Below are positions 37,592-51,629 of a stretch of 64,000 bases of DNA, in pieces. The notes beneath the pieces are model-generated. The model was not told where the DNA came from. It saw only the letters and a list, made by a program, of their open reading frames with translations, and ran no database searches. The stretch lies in NCBI RefSeq assembly GCF_030028105.1, contig NC_092379.1:25909821-25973820 (forward strand), in the 5' to 3' direction. Origin of the DNA: Mobula birostris (Eukaryota). The position numbers and the translations under genes were made by a program. Position 1 is the stretch's first letter. Every line of letters begins with the position of its first letter.

Positions 37592-37629
37592 CACGGTGTG
37601 TGAAAGCTGCCTCAGTTCGTACAAAAACC
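37592..37629 (+). other. V recombination signal sequence, 22-bp spacer
   Basis: CACGGTG (37592-37598), 22 nt, perfect ACAAAAACC (37621-37629). Confidence 0.93.
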
Positions 37630-39449
37630 CTAAGAAACCAGAGATTAACTGATATATATCAGTTCTAACTCCCTGTCGTACGCGGCCTGATGGGAAGCAT
37701 ATGTTTTCAGGTACCTCAGCGGATGTGGTCGTCATTTTTTTCAGCCAGCAGATCAGTATACGGAATTGGAACGTTTTATTTTTGAACGGAGAGTGTTAGG
37801 GCAACAGAGCATGGGAGTTAGTTAATATCCACAAGCAGTGTTCATGCACAATATTGCAGCGAGGAGAGCATATTCCCAGAGAGATCAGCCTTTTAGTGAA
37901 TGTGTCTTGGGAATTCACTGTGTACCTTAATGCAGGAAGTTACGCTCATCTAAAGTGAGGTAGAACGTTTCGATCATCAACACGGGATACTGATAAATGT
38001 GGAAAATACAAATGCAAAACTGTTCAAGCAAATTATACGATGTCAAGTTCCCCAAATCGCTCTCATCTACTATGCTGCATGCAACTACTTTTAGTTAGCA
38101 TTAAGTTAGCATAAAGGAAGCACAACCAGTCATGTAACAAATACACAATTCGCATGTTCGGGTTGGAAACGTATCAACAGAACATCCACTGAACTTGACA
38201 CCCATGATTTTATTGCATTTGGTTGCAGTCATTCAATTTCTCAAGAAAATTCGGTTCCATTAACTATCATTTTCTCTTCTGGTTATTTATGTCCTCATAT
38301 TTGTGCTACATAAGCTTAGCTTTTTATTTGAACATCCGAAGAACATGTGTCGATGAGAACATTTATTTGAAGAATACAAGGACCGACTTCTGCGTCGAAT
38401 TACCAATCGGCTAACGTTAATTTTATTTCAGGAAAGGAAACACTGTGTTGATAAGGTGTACATCTGGAAAAGAGACATGTTTTTTTCCACATTCCATTCA
38501 CCTCCTGTTCGTAATATGACTAAAGTTTCTGTCAACTTGTATGTTAATTAACTTTATTGAAACTGGATCCATTTCGGATTTGCGTAACCCGGGGCGGGGG
38601 TGGGGGGGGGCGGAGGATATTTTATAGAACCTGCCCACAAAGCATGGAACGTACTTGACGAATTTCAAGTTACATTCAAGATTACTTATCATTCATGTGT
38701 GCAGCAATATTGCCAAATGAAACAGCTTTCCTCAGGGGACAAGGAGCAAACAATAAGAGAGCAGTACACGCCAATCTAATTATCGCCCATGGCACAAATT
38801 GGAAATATGGTCACAATATCAGTAAAATTCTAGAGTCATAGGGGTGTTAATATAGCCCACGTCCCTGGATGGTATGACTGTGCATTTGATGGTAAACTTT
38901 CGTGTTCCAGATCGTGCTTTCGCCAAGCGAACACTACAGAGCAGCACAGAACGAACGCGGGATGGTACTGCCATGCAAACACTGAAGTGCAGCATCGCTG
39001 GGATTGGCTGCCCCAGCCCCTATGCGGATTCCAGCAACGCCCCAGAGAGCTTCTCCAAAACCGCTTTGAAACCTCCTATTCTGATCGCGCAAAACAGGGA
39101 AGTCCATGTTTGGAGCCTCTTCTTTGCCACAATCGAGGCAATGCGGTTCTTTGGAGGTCAGTCTCAGCAATGAAGCGGTGAAACAGACTTACAGTATCGT
39201 GTGTTTCCAATCTCCAAAATCTGTTTGCTATCACAATAAAGTGTCCAGTTCAATAATTCGCAATACACACCGACCAATGGTTTACGGCAATCCCATACGA
39301 AAATAGAATAATAATATGTAAAAGTGCAGATTCAACACTATGAAGCAACGCCATGCAAGGATTGTCCTGCAGTACCTGATGATTTTGGTATTCAGCAGTG
39401 ACTTTTGATCGAATGTTCTTAATATAAGTACTAAGATTGCTCACAACTG

Positions 39450-42400
39450 GATTTTCTCTTCACTGCACGTCTGTTAATGCTCAGCTGCAGTGTTTTCACT
39501 GTGCTTGAGTTTTGGGAACTCTTGGAGACGTTCATTCTCCAGGATACGGTCTTTTGCGACAGGTGCGCAGAACTGCAGATACTTTGAGAACCCATTAACG
39601 AAATGGATCTGACACTCGATAACCTTCAGCTCATGAGGGAGAATGCTGAGGTGACATATAGAAGCTACATGAAAGCAGTCGCCCCTTGGGTGCAGGAGAC
39701 ATGTAACGGGGTGACGGTTAGGGGAATGTAGGGATATATACAGTTAACACAAACTCACCGTTGCACTGTTCCTCTCAATAATAAATATATAACTTCAGAT
39801 ACTGTTGTGGATAACGAGCCACCGGGGGGATTTGCAGTGAATTTGGCTACGGTACTAAATCTGATGCTGTAGCTGAGGTGAAGGGAAGAGGACCGCAGTT
39901 GTAATAGGAGATTTCACAGTTATCAGAACAAAGCCGATAATCTGCGTGTGCGAAGTACACAACCATATGCTGCCTGCTAGATATCAGGGTCTCAGATGAG
40001 ACGGCTCAGGTACAGATATTTTAAAGTTGGAGGGTGCGCAGACTGGTCTTGATTCAGCTTGTCACCGATGACGAAGTTATAAAACGTAAGGAGGGCCAGA
40101 AAATATTTTTTTAGGAAATATGGTACAAAACTTTTAAAAGGCACCTGCAGAGTAGTAATCTTTGTATTGTTGCTCGTGCCAACGCCAGTGAGGGTAAGAA
40201 TAGAACTATTGTGATGTGGAATTCGTAGATAAGGGACATTTACAAGGTCAGGGATTCAGTTTTATGGATAACTGAAGAGTATTCAAGGGCGTCTGTGAAC
40301 TCTGCAAAACGGACAGAATACAGCTGAACGCGTGAGCATCCAATATACTTGCAAAATTCTCAGGGGAGGGGAGCGTGACAAACATGTTTGCCAGTGGGAT
40401 GGGAACCCGAGTGATAATGCTGACGATGATAACGCTGTTAACAGGGTGAGTTGCAATGTAATAAGGCGGACAAAATCTAAAACGGTGAAGACTGGTTTAT
40501 ATCTAAATATGCGCAGCATGTGTAATAAGGAAGAAGAATTTGTAGCACAGATACAATTGGAATATACCTGTAGCTCATAGAGGATTATAGCTGTGAGTTC
40601 AACGTCCAAGCCTGAACAATGTATCGAAATGATATGCAGGTCTACAGAAGGGTTGGCGTGACTTTATTTTTCAAAACGAAAGCAAATCTTTTGAAACTGG
40701 TGGCATAGGGTCAGCATGTGCTGAATTGTTTTGGGTAGAGCTTACATATGCAGTTAAAAAGAGCATGATCTGAGTTATATACAGACACAATACAGTAGCA
40801 GCGATGTTGCCTACACAGTACAACGTGAGTTAGAAAATGCATACTACAACCTCAATGTTATGATACTCATGGTGGTTTCAATCAGCAGATTGATTGGTGA
40901 AATTCAGTTAGTGCCGGATCCCAAGTAGGGTATTTCCAGAATGCATTCCTGATATCCTTTTAGAACAGGTCGTGATTGTGAAACTTAGCGATCATTTATT
41001 CCGGATTAGGTGCTGTGCTATGAACTGGAACTGGAGTTTTAGGTAAAGAAACCCTAAGGGAAAGCTGATCAAAATGTGATAGAATTCCTCCTGAAATTTG
41101 AGAAGCTGATGCTGGAGCCAGAAGTGTTATTATTACAGTGGCGGAAAGAGAAATACAGAGGCATGAGAGCAGAGCTGGTCAACATTGTGTGGCCATAATT
41201 ACTGGCAGGGATGACGGCAGAACAAGTATGTCTGCAACCATTGAAAGCCATAGAAGACAACGTACTGGATACTTGGTCGTGTGGAGGAGCAGAGGGATCT
41301 GGGAGCACATGTCCACAGATCCCTGAAAGTTGTCTCACAGGTGGATAGGGTAGTTAAGAAAGCATATGGGGTGTTAGCCTTCATAAGTCGATGGACAGAG
41401 TTTAAGAGTAATGATGCAACGATGCGGCTCTATGAAACTCTGGTTAGGCCACATTTGGAGTAGTGTGTCCAGTTCTAGTCGCCTCACTATTGGAAGGATG
41501 TGGAAGCATTGGAAAGGGTACAGAAGAGATTTACCAGGATGCTGCCTGGTTTCGAAAGTATGGATTATGATCAGAAATTAAGGGAGCTAGAGCTTTACTC
41601 TTTGGCGAGAAGGAGGATGAGCGGAGGCATGATAGAGGTGTACAAGATAATAAGAGGAATAGATAGAGTGGATAGCCAGCGCCTCTTCCCCAGGGCACCG
41701 CTACTCAATGCAAGAGGACATGGCTTTAAGGTAATGGGTGGGAAGTTCAAGAGGGATATCAGAGGTAGTTATTTTTTTACTCAGAGTGTGGTTGGTGCGT
41801 GGAGTGCACTGCCTGTGTCAGTGGTGGAGGCAGATACACTAGTTAAGTTTAAGAGACTACTGGACAGGTATATAGAGGATCTTAAGTTGGGGGCTTATAT
41901 GGGAGGCAGGGCTTGAGGGTCGGCACAATATTGTGGGCCTAATGGTCTGTATTGTACTGTACTATTCTATGTTCTATGTATTCCAAATGCAGGATCTAAC
42001 AAGAGAATTGAAAAACAACATAAGCGCCATAGACAGCATGTAATAATGCAAAAGATAAATAGATGTTGAAGGATTGGAAAGCATTAAAATACAGCAGACG
42101 GTAACTCAAAAATATGAAAGAAAATATGACATACAAAGGGATCTAGACATAATATTGAAAACGACAACAAATGTTTTCCTTCAGACACGTAAAGAGCAAA
42201 GGAGATGTAAGAGTGGATATACAGGAGAGGCGGGAGGTGGATATTGGACCGCCGGAAAATAATGCTGGAGATGAAATAATTAGGAGTGAGTGTGGGGATC
42301 GTACGTAAAGAGATAGCGGAGGAACGGAAACCACATTCTTCACTGTGAACGATACTAAAAGTATGCCAGAAGTCTGAGCTGAATTTTGTGAAGCTGTAGT

Positions 42401-43720
42401 TACTGGAGATGTTTCTTCTGAAATTGAAACCACTGAAGATAGATTGGTCACCTGGACCAGTTAGTATACAGAGCAATGTTCTGTAAGAACTGGATGAAGA
42501 AGTACTTGCGTGAATTATTATGATCTTTCCAGAATCAATTTAATTATGGCATGGTTCTGCAAGACAGGGCAAACTCGGAATTCCCACCCCTATTCAAAGA
42601 GGGAGAGAGTCAGAAGAGAGGATACTAAAGCTCAGTTATTCTCAGCAAAGAGTGGATGGGAATTTATTGGAGTCGACCTTTAAGCATGGACAATGAGCTA
42701 ATTGGCATGATAAAAATATTGAGAATTCTGGGAGGCTTGTCTCGTTGGCTGCAGGTGACCTCTGGTTTTCCACAGGGGTCTGTTCTTGGAAAACCTACTT
42801 GTAACTTCTGTGCCAATAACTTCGAAGACGCATTTGATGGTACTGTGACACATTTGACGACGATGAAATTATAGTTCGCAGGTCAGGTAGTTTTGAACAA
42901 TTAGAGGAGCTACATAATAACTTTGAGAGGGTAGGAGAATGAGCAGCGATGTGCCAGATGGAATTCAGTTTCAGGAAGTGTCTGGTGTGTCTGGTTATGA
43001 ACTTTGTTTGGAGAAATAAAATAGTACACCGTTTATTAAGTGGATATTAAAATAAGAAATTAGAAGTGGAAGAGGTATTTTTTTTTTCCTTCAAGTTTCC
43101 CTTATGTCTGTGGTGAGGAAGGAAAATGCGATGATACCATTCATTTCAAAGCGACATAGATTATAAAAAACAAAGCTATAAATTTGAGCATATAAAAGGT
43201 AGTGATGAGCCTCACTTGGAGTATTGTGAGCAGCGTTGGGCCCCTTATCAAAGAAATAATGTATTGACATTAAAGAAGACTAAAAAGAGGTTTACAAATA
43301 TGTTCTCGGGATTGAAAGAATCGTCATATGGATAACGTTAGAGGAATGAGGGGTGTCCTCAGTGGAACTAAACGAATTTTGAAAGCACTTGATAGAGAGG
43401 ATGTAGAGATGAATTTGCCTAAGATGGGGCCATCAAAGGCCAGAGGGCACAGCCACCGAATAGAAGAGCTACCGTCTAGAACGGAAGTAAAGTGATTTTT
43501 AGCCAGAATGCGGTGAATATATCGGTTTATTTGCCACTTGTGGCCGTGGAAGCCATGTCATTTGGTGTACTTAAGGTAGATTCTGATGTCCGGTTCATTG
43601 AGCAAGGTGTGAATGGATTGAAGGGGAAGGGATGAGATTAGAGCATTGCGGTAAAATGGATCAGTCATTATGTAATTTTGGAAACAAGTGGCCCAATTCT
43701 TATGCAATAACTTATGGTCC
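39450..43720 (+). mobile_element. Old degenerate CR1 with a younger CR1 3' fragment nested at about 41260-41980
   Basis: ORF1-like start at 39.5 kb; YLNMRSMCNK (endonuclease); PQGSVLG (RT). The nested piece has clean EALERVQKRFTRMLPG...RGHGFKV and a TTCTATG tail. Confidence 0.75.
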
Positions 43721-45849
43721 TCTTTTTTAACTGCACTCTTTCACCTTAAGTTTACCGTGTTTTTTTGTTTGTTTGTTTGTTTGTTTTTTTTTTTTTTTTT
43801 GATGAGCTCTCCTGCTCTGTAAGAGAGCCGTAGAGTATTGGGTTCTGAGCTATCTGGAATACCTGAATTGACGAATTGCTGTTTAGCGAGAGTCGTTAAT
43901 CCCTTGTTTTTTTTTTGTTTGTTTTTGTTTTTGTTTTTATTTATTTCATCTTGCTAAGTTTAATTAGATTGACTCAGGAATTCTGCATTTTGGTATTATA
44001 TAAGCGGACACCCGATTTACACTCGTCTCTGCGCCCCAGTATTGAGAATGTTTCGTCTCGTTGTGCCACTTTTGCAGGAGCCATCGACATTTTGATGGAA
44101 CTCTGATTAATAAACCCAGGTCTTTGTTTCTACTTGGAATCTGTTTTTCCTCCGTCTTTGGTTTCATTCATTACCAGTGATACGCAGGACAGAAGTTCTT
44201 AGCGATGTAGTGGACCCTGCGAAATTTGAATGGCGGCTCAGAATTTGGTCAGCCGACAAAGCAGATGTCACCTATTGTATAGTCCAGTTCTGCGTCTACG
44301 TTCCGACTGACACGAGTCTTCCTTCTGAGTTTCTGAGTTCACCTTCCGTGTTTACCTTCCGACCTTCTTCAGTCTAGATTCAAGGCATTTTTCAAATATC
44401 TCTAGATCCACAATGTTCAAGAGGATTCCAACGGCCTTCCATGTTTCCAAATTTCATTCAATGCTCTAGACTTGTGTTCAATGATTCCGGGTTTTATTCA
44501 ATGTTTCCGTTGTCTATTCTAGGAGTTCTCCATGTCTGTCTCGATTTTATAAGTTCTGTCTCGAGTTTACCAAAACAATCCTCAGGTTGCCAGGTTTTTT
44601 TCGAGTTTATTGAGTTTGACTCTATTCTACCAGCCCTAAGTCCAAGAAACTTGCCCTGTGCCGATGTTACTATTCTTGTCCTGAGTTATCTAGATTCCTC
44701 TGCAGTCGATAAGGTCTATCCTGAGTGTAGCATACTTGTGTCGAGTTTACGAACTTACCAAATCGTTCTCGAGTTTATCACCCATTTTCCAAATTAGCCA
44801 GTTCCGTTTCCAGTAGTCCCTGGATCTCGAGTTTCCGAGGTCTTCCTGGGCCTTGATCCCAGCCATAGCGAGCAGACTGCTGTGTTACACTGCAGTGGTC
44901 TGCACGTAGAGCTGCAGGGTATAGGGTATAAAGCACCAAGAACACCTTAATAAGTTAATTGTTGTTTATGGAGTGTCGTCAATTCCTGCTGTTTCTGCTC
45001 GTTTCCTTGAATTTATTTTGACCGATGCGGTGTTTCGAAGTCTTTGTATTATTCAAGTGGAAAACCAATAAGCGCTTATGGCGCGGTTTTACCTTTGAGG
45101 ATGATTCGTTTTGTTGTGCCGTTCGGCCGAGCCATCGAAATTTTGTGGGAATTCTGATTAACAAACTCTGATTGCAGCATCTCTATATAGGAGTATGTCA
45201 TTCCTCCGTTCTCGGGCACAGCCTTTGGCAACTTACACCGAGCCATCCTCTAGTTTATAATTAATTAGCAAATGCAGGCGTCTGCCGATGCACTTTCTAT
45301 CTAATGAGTCACAATAAGATCGCCTTGATTTCTCTGCGTTCCAAAGTCTAAATCAATAATCTGCATTTGGGTATTTCATGTCCTGGAAACGCGAGTGTAA
45401 TTTTTTTTCCGGTTTTGTCTAGATTAATAATGTATTCCATCTATCAAAACTTGCAGATATAAGCTTACTTGTCCAAATGTGGACTCACCAATGCCTTATA
45501 CAATTAGGGCTTAGCGTTCCGACTTGCTATAATGGAACTTTGCGGAAATCGGACGTATGAGAGGATAATTCACTGAGTTCCACGGCCCAGGCAGAGAAAA
45601 AAAAAAAAAAAAGTGTCCAACATGTAGCTGCGGTGTATTAGACTTCCAGGCATCGACCAATCCCCGATAACATTCATGAACTCTTGCAACTTGATGGAAG
45701 ACAAGCAAACTGATCGTCTTCGCAGGGGACGTAACTGAGTGCACAAAGTCTAAGTGGCGATGTTGAGGCTTTAGTTCTTTAAGGCTACAACGATGAATGG
45801 CTTAGTCAGAGAAAATAAAGATAGGAACAGGCCTAGGTCATTTTTCTTC

Positions 45850-46900
45850 GGTTGCATCTTTGAATCTGGTAAGTTGGATCAGTAGAGATGCCAGACAGTA
45901 TAGTGGAATACACCTATTGCGGGATGTATGAAAGTTGGGAGATGTTTAGTGTTCCTGAAGACTAGAGATTGGAAAGGTGTATCGAGACGCATTTTGGAAC
46001 AGCTGGCGTTAAGTATTTGGAGCTGCAATAAGAGGAACTCCGGATCACACGGGATGCTGAAGGACATAGTTCAGAAATATAGAGAGGTGGTTGCACCCAT
46101 TGTGCAGGACAGCACCTGGGTGCAAGAGGGGAGATTTTTAAGGAGTCAGCTCAAAGTCCTGCTGTGGACATCCACATCAACAACAGGTATTTCAATGTTG
46201 ATATATTTGGAGAATTGACCTTATAATGGGATGTCTCTTTGTCTGGGACACTGGCAAAGAGTCTGGCCCTGTTAATCAACAGGAAAGATGGTGTGTGTGG
46301 GGGGCAGGGGGTGGGGTTGGGAGGAAGAGGCTCGCTGTGGTGATATAGGATTGGTTAGTTAGGGGAACGGATAATAAACTCTGTGGTCGAGAATGAGATT
46401 TCAATTTGTCATGTTGCATTCCGTAAGTCCTGGGAATATCGGAATCAATTCTCAACTTTCTGAAATGGGAGTCTGAAAGACCAGATGTCGAGGTTCATGT
46501 AGGTACCAAGGACATGGATAGGGCCAGAGATAAGGTTCCAGGGAGCGCAGTGTGTTAGGTTCCAGCTTAAAAGACAAAACTTCCGAGGTTGTGACCTCCG
46601 CATGGCGACACGTGCCACGTACAAGTGAGAAATAAGCTAGGACGATTCTAAAACTTAATGGATTGGTGAGGAGTTGGTGTAAGAGGGATTGCATACGATT
46701 TTCAGATCATTGAGTTCTCCTTCAACGAAGGTGATAACTGTACCGAATGGACCAGGAAGACCTGTACAGAAGTTCTTGCACTGTACGGATTGTACTTGAA
46801 CTGTAGAGGTACAATATCCTATAGGGAAGGACTGTTAATGCTGCACGGTGTGTATAAAATATAGTTGCAAGAGAAGGGCACTCGAGTGCCAGAACTCTGG
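45850..46900 (+). mobile_element. Degenerate CR1 ORF1 region
   Basis: Esterase-like GDIGLVRGTD...VHVGTKD remnants and an ORF1 N-terminal-like stretch. Confidence 0.6.
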
Positions 46901-46939
46901 AGTCGTGGTTTAATCAGATGCTGCAAGACTTCAGACAAA

Positions 46940-47954
46940 GTCAGGAATTACAGGTTGACCACAGTGCAAGCTGTGTCATGAGGACGATCGTAGGACTGGC
47001 CGATGAACTCCTATATTTGTGATGTTGTGGCATTGTGTGAATTGTGTAGCTGTAGACATTGATAACACTTAGAATTATGAAACTGTAGCCGTGTGATGTC
47101 ATGGTCTGCTCTGTTAAGTCCGCATTCCAGTTCACGGTCCGGTAAGTCGATTCCTTATTCCGGGTTTTCCTGTTTTCATTTGTTCCATTGGGTGCTTTAA
47201 TTGAGGCACCTGAGTCTGGTTTTGGACTGGCACATACATACCTCTCCAACCAAGAATTCCCTCCTGGACTGTTCCCTTCACCTCCCTTCTGAATCTACGC
47301 CTGCAACCTCGCCTGCTACCTTCGTCTGCCACTTCGTCTGAATCTTCGTCGCACTTGCCCGTCAAGTTCACCTGCCGGAGAGAGAATATAGCCTTGTCGC
47401 GTCAAGATAAAGAAAAATCTATTGTTGACTTTGGAGATGTCTTTCTGTGCCCCCTTGTTTAGTGTTTCGTGTACAGAAGAGTCCCGGCCCTATGCCCTGT
47501 TACCAAGGAGCGGAGGTGACTCTGTGTAGAGCCCCGGCCCTAGGTCCTGTACCCAAGAATGGATCCTGGCTCAGTGCTCCGTGTACGAGTCCTGGCCCTA
47601 TGTCCTGTTCCCAAGGACGGGTCCCGGCTCTGTGTTCTGTGTTCCTGTGTTCCAAGTTCCAGGCGCCATGTTCCAGTCATATCCAAGTCAAGGCTTCGTG
47701 TTCTCGTACTCTGCTGGATCGTGCCCATCCGAATCCCCGAAAATTACTTCGGCAGTTTAACTCGGCATTCCTCTCGCCACGTATCCTCAGCAGTCATCCT
47801 GGCCCTGCGTCCAGGAAGAGGATCCAGCCCTGCGAAAGAAACCCGGCCCTGTGTCCAAACAAGGGTCCCGGCCCTGTGTCCAAACAAGGGTCCCGGCCCT
47901 GCGCTCCAAGGAGGCGTCCCGGCTCCGTACCCAAGACCCTAACCAAGCCCTAAC
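46940..47954 (+). repeat. LTR-like repeat with an internal degenerate 25-bp tandem array
   Basis: Unit CCCGGCCCTGTGTCCAAACAAGGGT occurs twice perfectly near 47842-47891, with degenerate copies from about 47480. The element ends CCCTAACA. Confidence 0.45.
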
Positions 47955-48099
47955 AAGTCCATTGTGGTGGCAAAAAAGAATGTGAGCAAAACGGGTACAT
48001 ATATTCGTTGAAAGTGGCATCAGTTCTAGATGGTCTCAAAATTATGACATATTGGTCTTCGTAAATTATTTTTTTACAATGCAGAAGATGCGATCATAT

Positions 48100-48600
48100 C
48101 TCGAAGTTTTGCAAGGCGTTTTTGAGGCCGAATATCGAGTTCTGTATCGCTACAGTAAGATGCAATCAAGGTTGAACCGGCGCAGAGCAAATGAACAAGG
48201 ATCTTGCCCTGTCGGCAGGACATGGGGTTGAAGGAAAGACTGAATAGGTTAGGAATCTATTCTTTATAACAATGCAGAAAGACAGGAGATTTAATAGACG
48301 ATTAGGAAATTATGAAGGGTATAGAGAGTATAAATGCAAGCAGACTTTATCCATTGATGTTGTTTAGGACTACATTAAGAGGTCATAGGTGAAAGGTGAA
48401 AAGAATAAGGAGAGAGTGAGGGAAATATATCTTCACTCAGAGGATTCTAGGGGTGTTGAATGAGCTGATGGTAGAAGATACCTCTGAGCTTGATTCCAAA
48501 GATTTTGAGAAATTTGGATTGGCACATGGAGAGCAAGAAAATGCACGAACATGATCCGGACGCACGTCTTTGGGACTAGGTAGTTTAACATTTTAAGCTT
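48100..48600 (+). mobile_element. Degenerate CR1 3' fragment
   Basis: RLNRLGIYS...RGHR-like remnants and a CR1-type 3' region. Confidence 0.6.
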
Positions 48601-49959
48601 GGACTATGTGCACAGAAATCACAGCTTCTACGTTATCCTTCTGCATGACTCGATTAAACAAGTGCCTGCTCAAATGACACCCACGTTGAAAGATTAAATA
48701 CAAACAAAGAGTATCTATAAGCGACAGCACTTTCACGGAATCTTGACCTCTAGCACTCAGTCGCGTCCTTAAACAATAAAACCTATGATTTTAAACATGA
48801 ATATCTTCCCAAAGTTCCACTCGTAATACTCAGCCAACGTAATTTAACTTCCCATATGCCGAGGCACTTACCTCGCTAACGATGTAAATACAGAAAATGA
48901 TGCTCATTGTTTATAAATCCATGGATTTGAGCGTTATCTTCAAACTCACTCAAAATGTTTCGTGACTTTTCATAGAAAATATGTTTTAGGGTGTGCAAAT
49001 AATTTTTCCAGGAGCAAGACGATGCTGACCAGAACAGTAGGACGTCGTTTTAGAAAACTGATGAGACAGATATGTTTTGATCCAGATACTGCTGACTCCG
49101 TGGAGGGAATTGCTGCCGTCGCAGGGTATATTTCAAAGGGATGTTGACAGTTACTTAATTAGTGAGGAAAATATAAGTTATTGGGACACAGCAAGAGTCT
49201 TTGTGAGGGTAAATTCATGCACTATGATCAAACGGTGGAGCAAGATCAATTATTGGCTTAGTTTTTATTTCAGTTTGTTATAGAATTTTGTTCAACGTCG
49301 TTTATTCTAAGCTCGTCAGCTTCATCGCAAAGTCTCATTGATTGATTGCTCGGAGTTTTCTGCACTCACAACTGCCGTTCTGTTTTTTCTTAATCAGAAT
49401 TACAAATCTTCCTTGTCTTTTTCCTCTTCCTGGCGGCTGAGAAGAGCACTTAGCCGTCAAAACGTATCTGAAACAGTGAACCCTGCCCCATATACATCGT
49501 TAAGTGCCATACCCTTAACAAATGCACATATTTAATGCCTGTCATTGAAACATTGTCAATTTAATCCAACAGACCTTTTCTGTTCTTTGTCATTCCACTG
49601 CCCGTCTTGTACTACGAAATTGATGTCTTTGATTTTGTTTCAACTACTAATTTCCCATCAGGTTCACCACTGGTTTCAATCACCTATCCGCCCCTATGCC
49701 ACCACCGCCGTTAACACATTTAAGCAGTCCGTAAGCGTTCTGAAATATGTATCGACGTTCGTAATGCAGAACGCCCTCATTAACACGTCATAATTGCCGC
49801 TGAAGAGTTCCCACTGACGCAAGATTTTTAATAGCTCTCCGCTGCACCGTTTCTACTGTAACGCATTATCTGCACCATTCTCCTTGTGATTAATTTTCAA
49901 TTTATCGTTACCATTTTGAGCTTCAGAAGGGTTATCAACAGGTGCCACAAATAAGAACA

Positions 49960-50600
49960 TAACACGATAAGAAATAGGAACACATATATGGCATTTGGCC
50001 ATTTGTTTCGCAATATTATACATATGTAATCCAATTTCCCCATGCTATTGTCATGTCTCTCTTAATATCAATATGTGCTTCTATATGCTTCAAAACGATG
50101 CATATATGTTTATAAGTGCATCGTTTTCTCAGTTGACTTTTGCAACTTATTTCACAAACACACCATTATAATGCTCAAGATATTGCTCCTCGTTCCAGTT
50201 TTAAAAAGGAAGCCCGTGTATTCTGAAGTTCTGTCCTGCCGTCTTAAACTCGCCTACTATAGGAAACATCATCTCCATATCCATCCTATCAAGCTTATTT
50301 TTTTCCATTTGTTAGGTTTCAATGAGATCACACAGAATTCTCCTAAATTTAACTGAATTATGGCGCAGACACATCCAACGTTCCTCATATAGCAAGCCAT
50401 TCAATTCTGGGAATCAATCCGGATTTTTTTTTTTTAATCCACTCCAGATTCGCATATACTTTATAAGACAAGCGGCCCAAACCTGGTCACAAAACTCGGA
50501 GAGGCATCACAAATGCTTTATAATGTTTCAAGATGACAACGTTGCTCTTATATTCAAGTCCTTGAAATGAATGCTAAGAGTACATTTATCCTCCTCAGCA
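49960..50600 (-). mobile_element. Degenerate CR1 3' fragments
   Basis: AT-shifted remnants similar to the CR1 3' end at 7.9-8.4 kb. Confidence 0.5.
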
Positions 50601-51629
50601 TAATCTCAAATTGCAATTTAATCTTTAGTGCATTCTGCATCAGCCGTTCTGGGTTAAAAGAGTATTGTGTGAACCATGCACTTTGACTTCATTTGGCAAT
50701 ACATAATATTTTAAAACTGCAGTTATTGGGGTCAAATCTGTTCAACTCAGGCTTTCCATTTAAATTGTTAATTGGCAATAAATAACTGGCTTTTCCATTA
50801 ACGTTAAAGGTGCAGATTTTCCTTGATCATTATCATTTTCCCTCTTACTTTGCAAACATGCCAGAACCAAACATCACCTCACTTGGTTTTCCTTTTTAAT
50901 TTGAATTTACTTTCATGTTTTCTGCTCTTTTGTAAAATGTCCGAACATATCTTCGTTATCATACGTTTACTTCACATCCTCCAGAACAGGAGTTTTCGTG
51001 ACCTACTTTGTTGGCAGGAAGAAAAGGGAAATCGGAAAAAAAAAAAAAATCAGTCGATTCGATGTTTTAAAAACTCACTTCCTGACGAACATTTTCAACT
51101 GTTTCTAACGTGTATTGCGATTCATAACCGTGAGCATCGGCTTCGCATATGCATTTAATTTAAGTGCAATTGATCAACATTGATCTTTATTTCAGCAGTT
51201 ACAAGGATCTTTCTGCAAAGAACTTTATTTCTGGATGTGGGTGTGGTGAAAATGTCCTGAGGTTAGGACTGCAATCATTCTCCTGAAATATATAGAAGAC
51301 GAAAATATTGAATACGAATAGTAGTTTAAATGTCAATGCAGAAAACAATGTCTTTACCCCCTTTGTCAACCGACTGGTGTTTATTTTTAAGGTTTGATAA
51401 AACGGCATCTTTTCCACTCATGGGGACATACTTAGACCAGTTACATTTGCTAGAAGCGAATTAAATAAAGGGCTTACACGCAGCCTCTTCTTTATAGTTC
51501 AGAATCAAAGAACGAAGCGTCGTTGGTTGATTATGAGAGGGGTGAAGTTAAATAGGGGGGAAAAATGTTGGACCAATTGATGCCAGAATATTTAATGAAC
51601 TACTATAACAAGTGGTTCAGTCAGCTAAA

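Noticed and set aside
37895-38500. CACTGTG heptamers at 37916 and 38441 as D/J signals
   Set aside because: Nonamers match only 5/9, and there is no paired RSS or FGxG J motif with a donor.
49085-49230. ADSVEG...DTA motifs resembling IgH V FR3, with CACTATG nearby
   Set aside because: Motifs are in different frames with wrong spacing, there is no YYC, and no nonamer follows.
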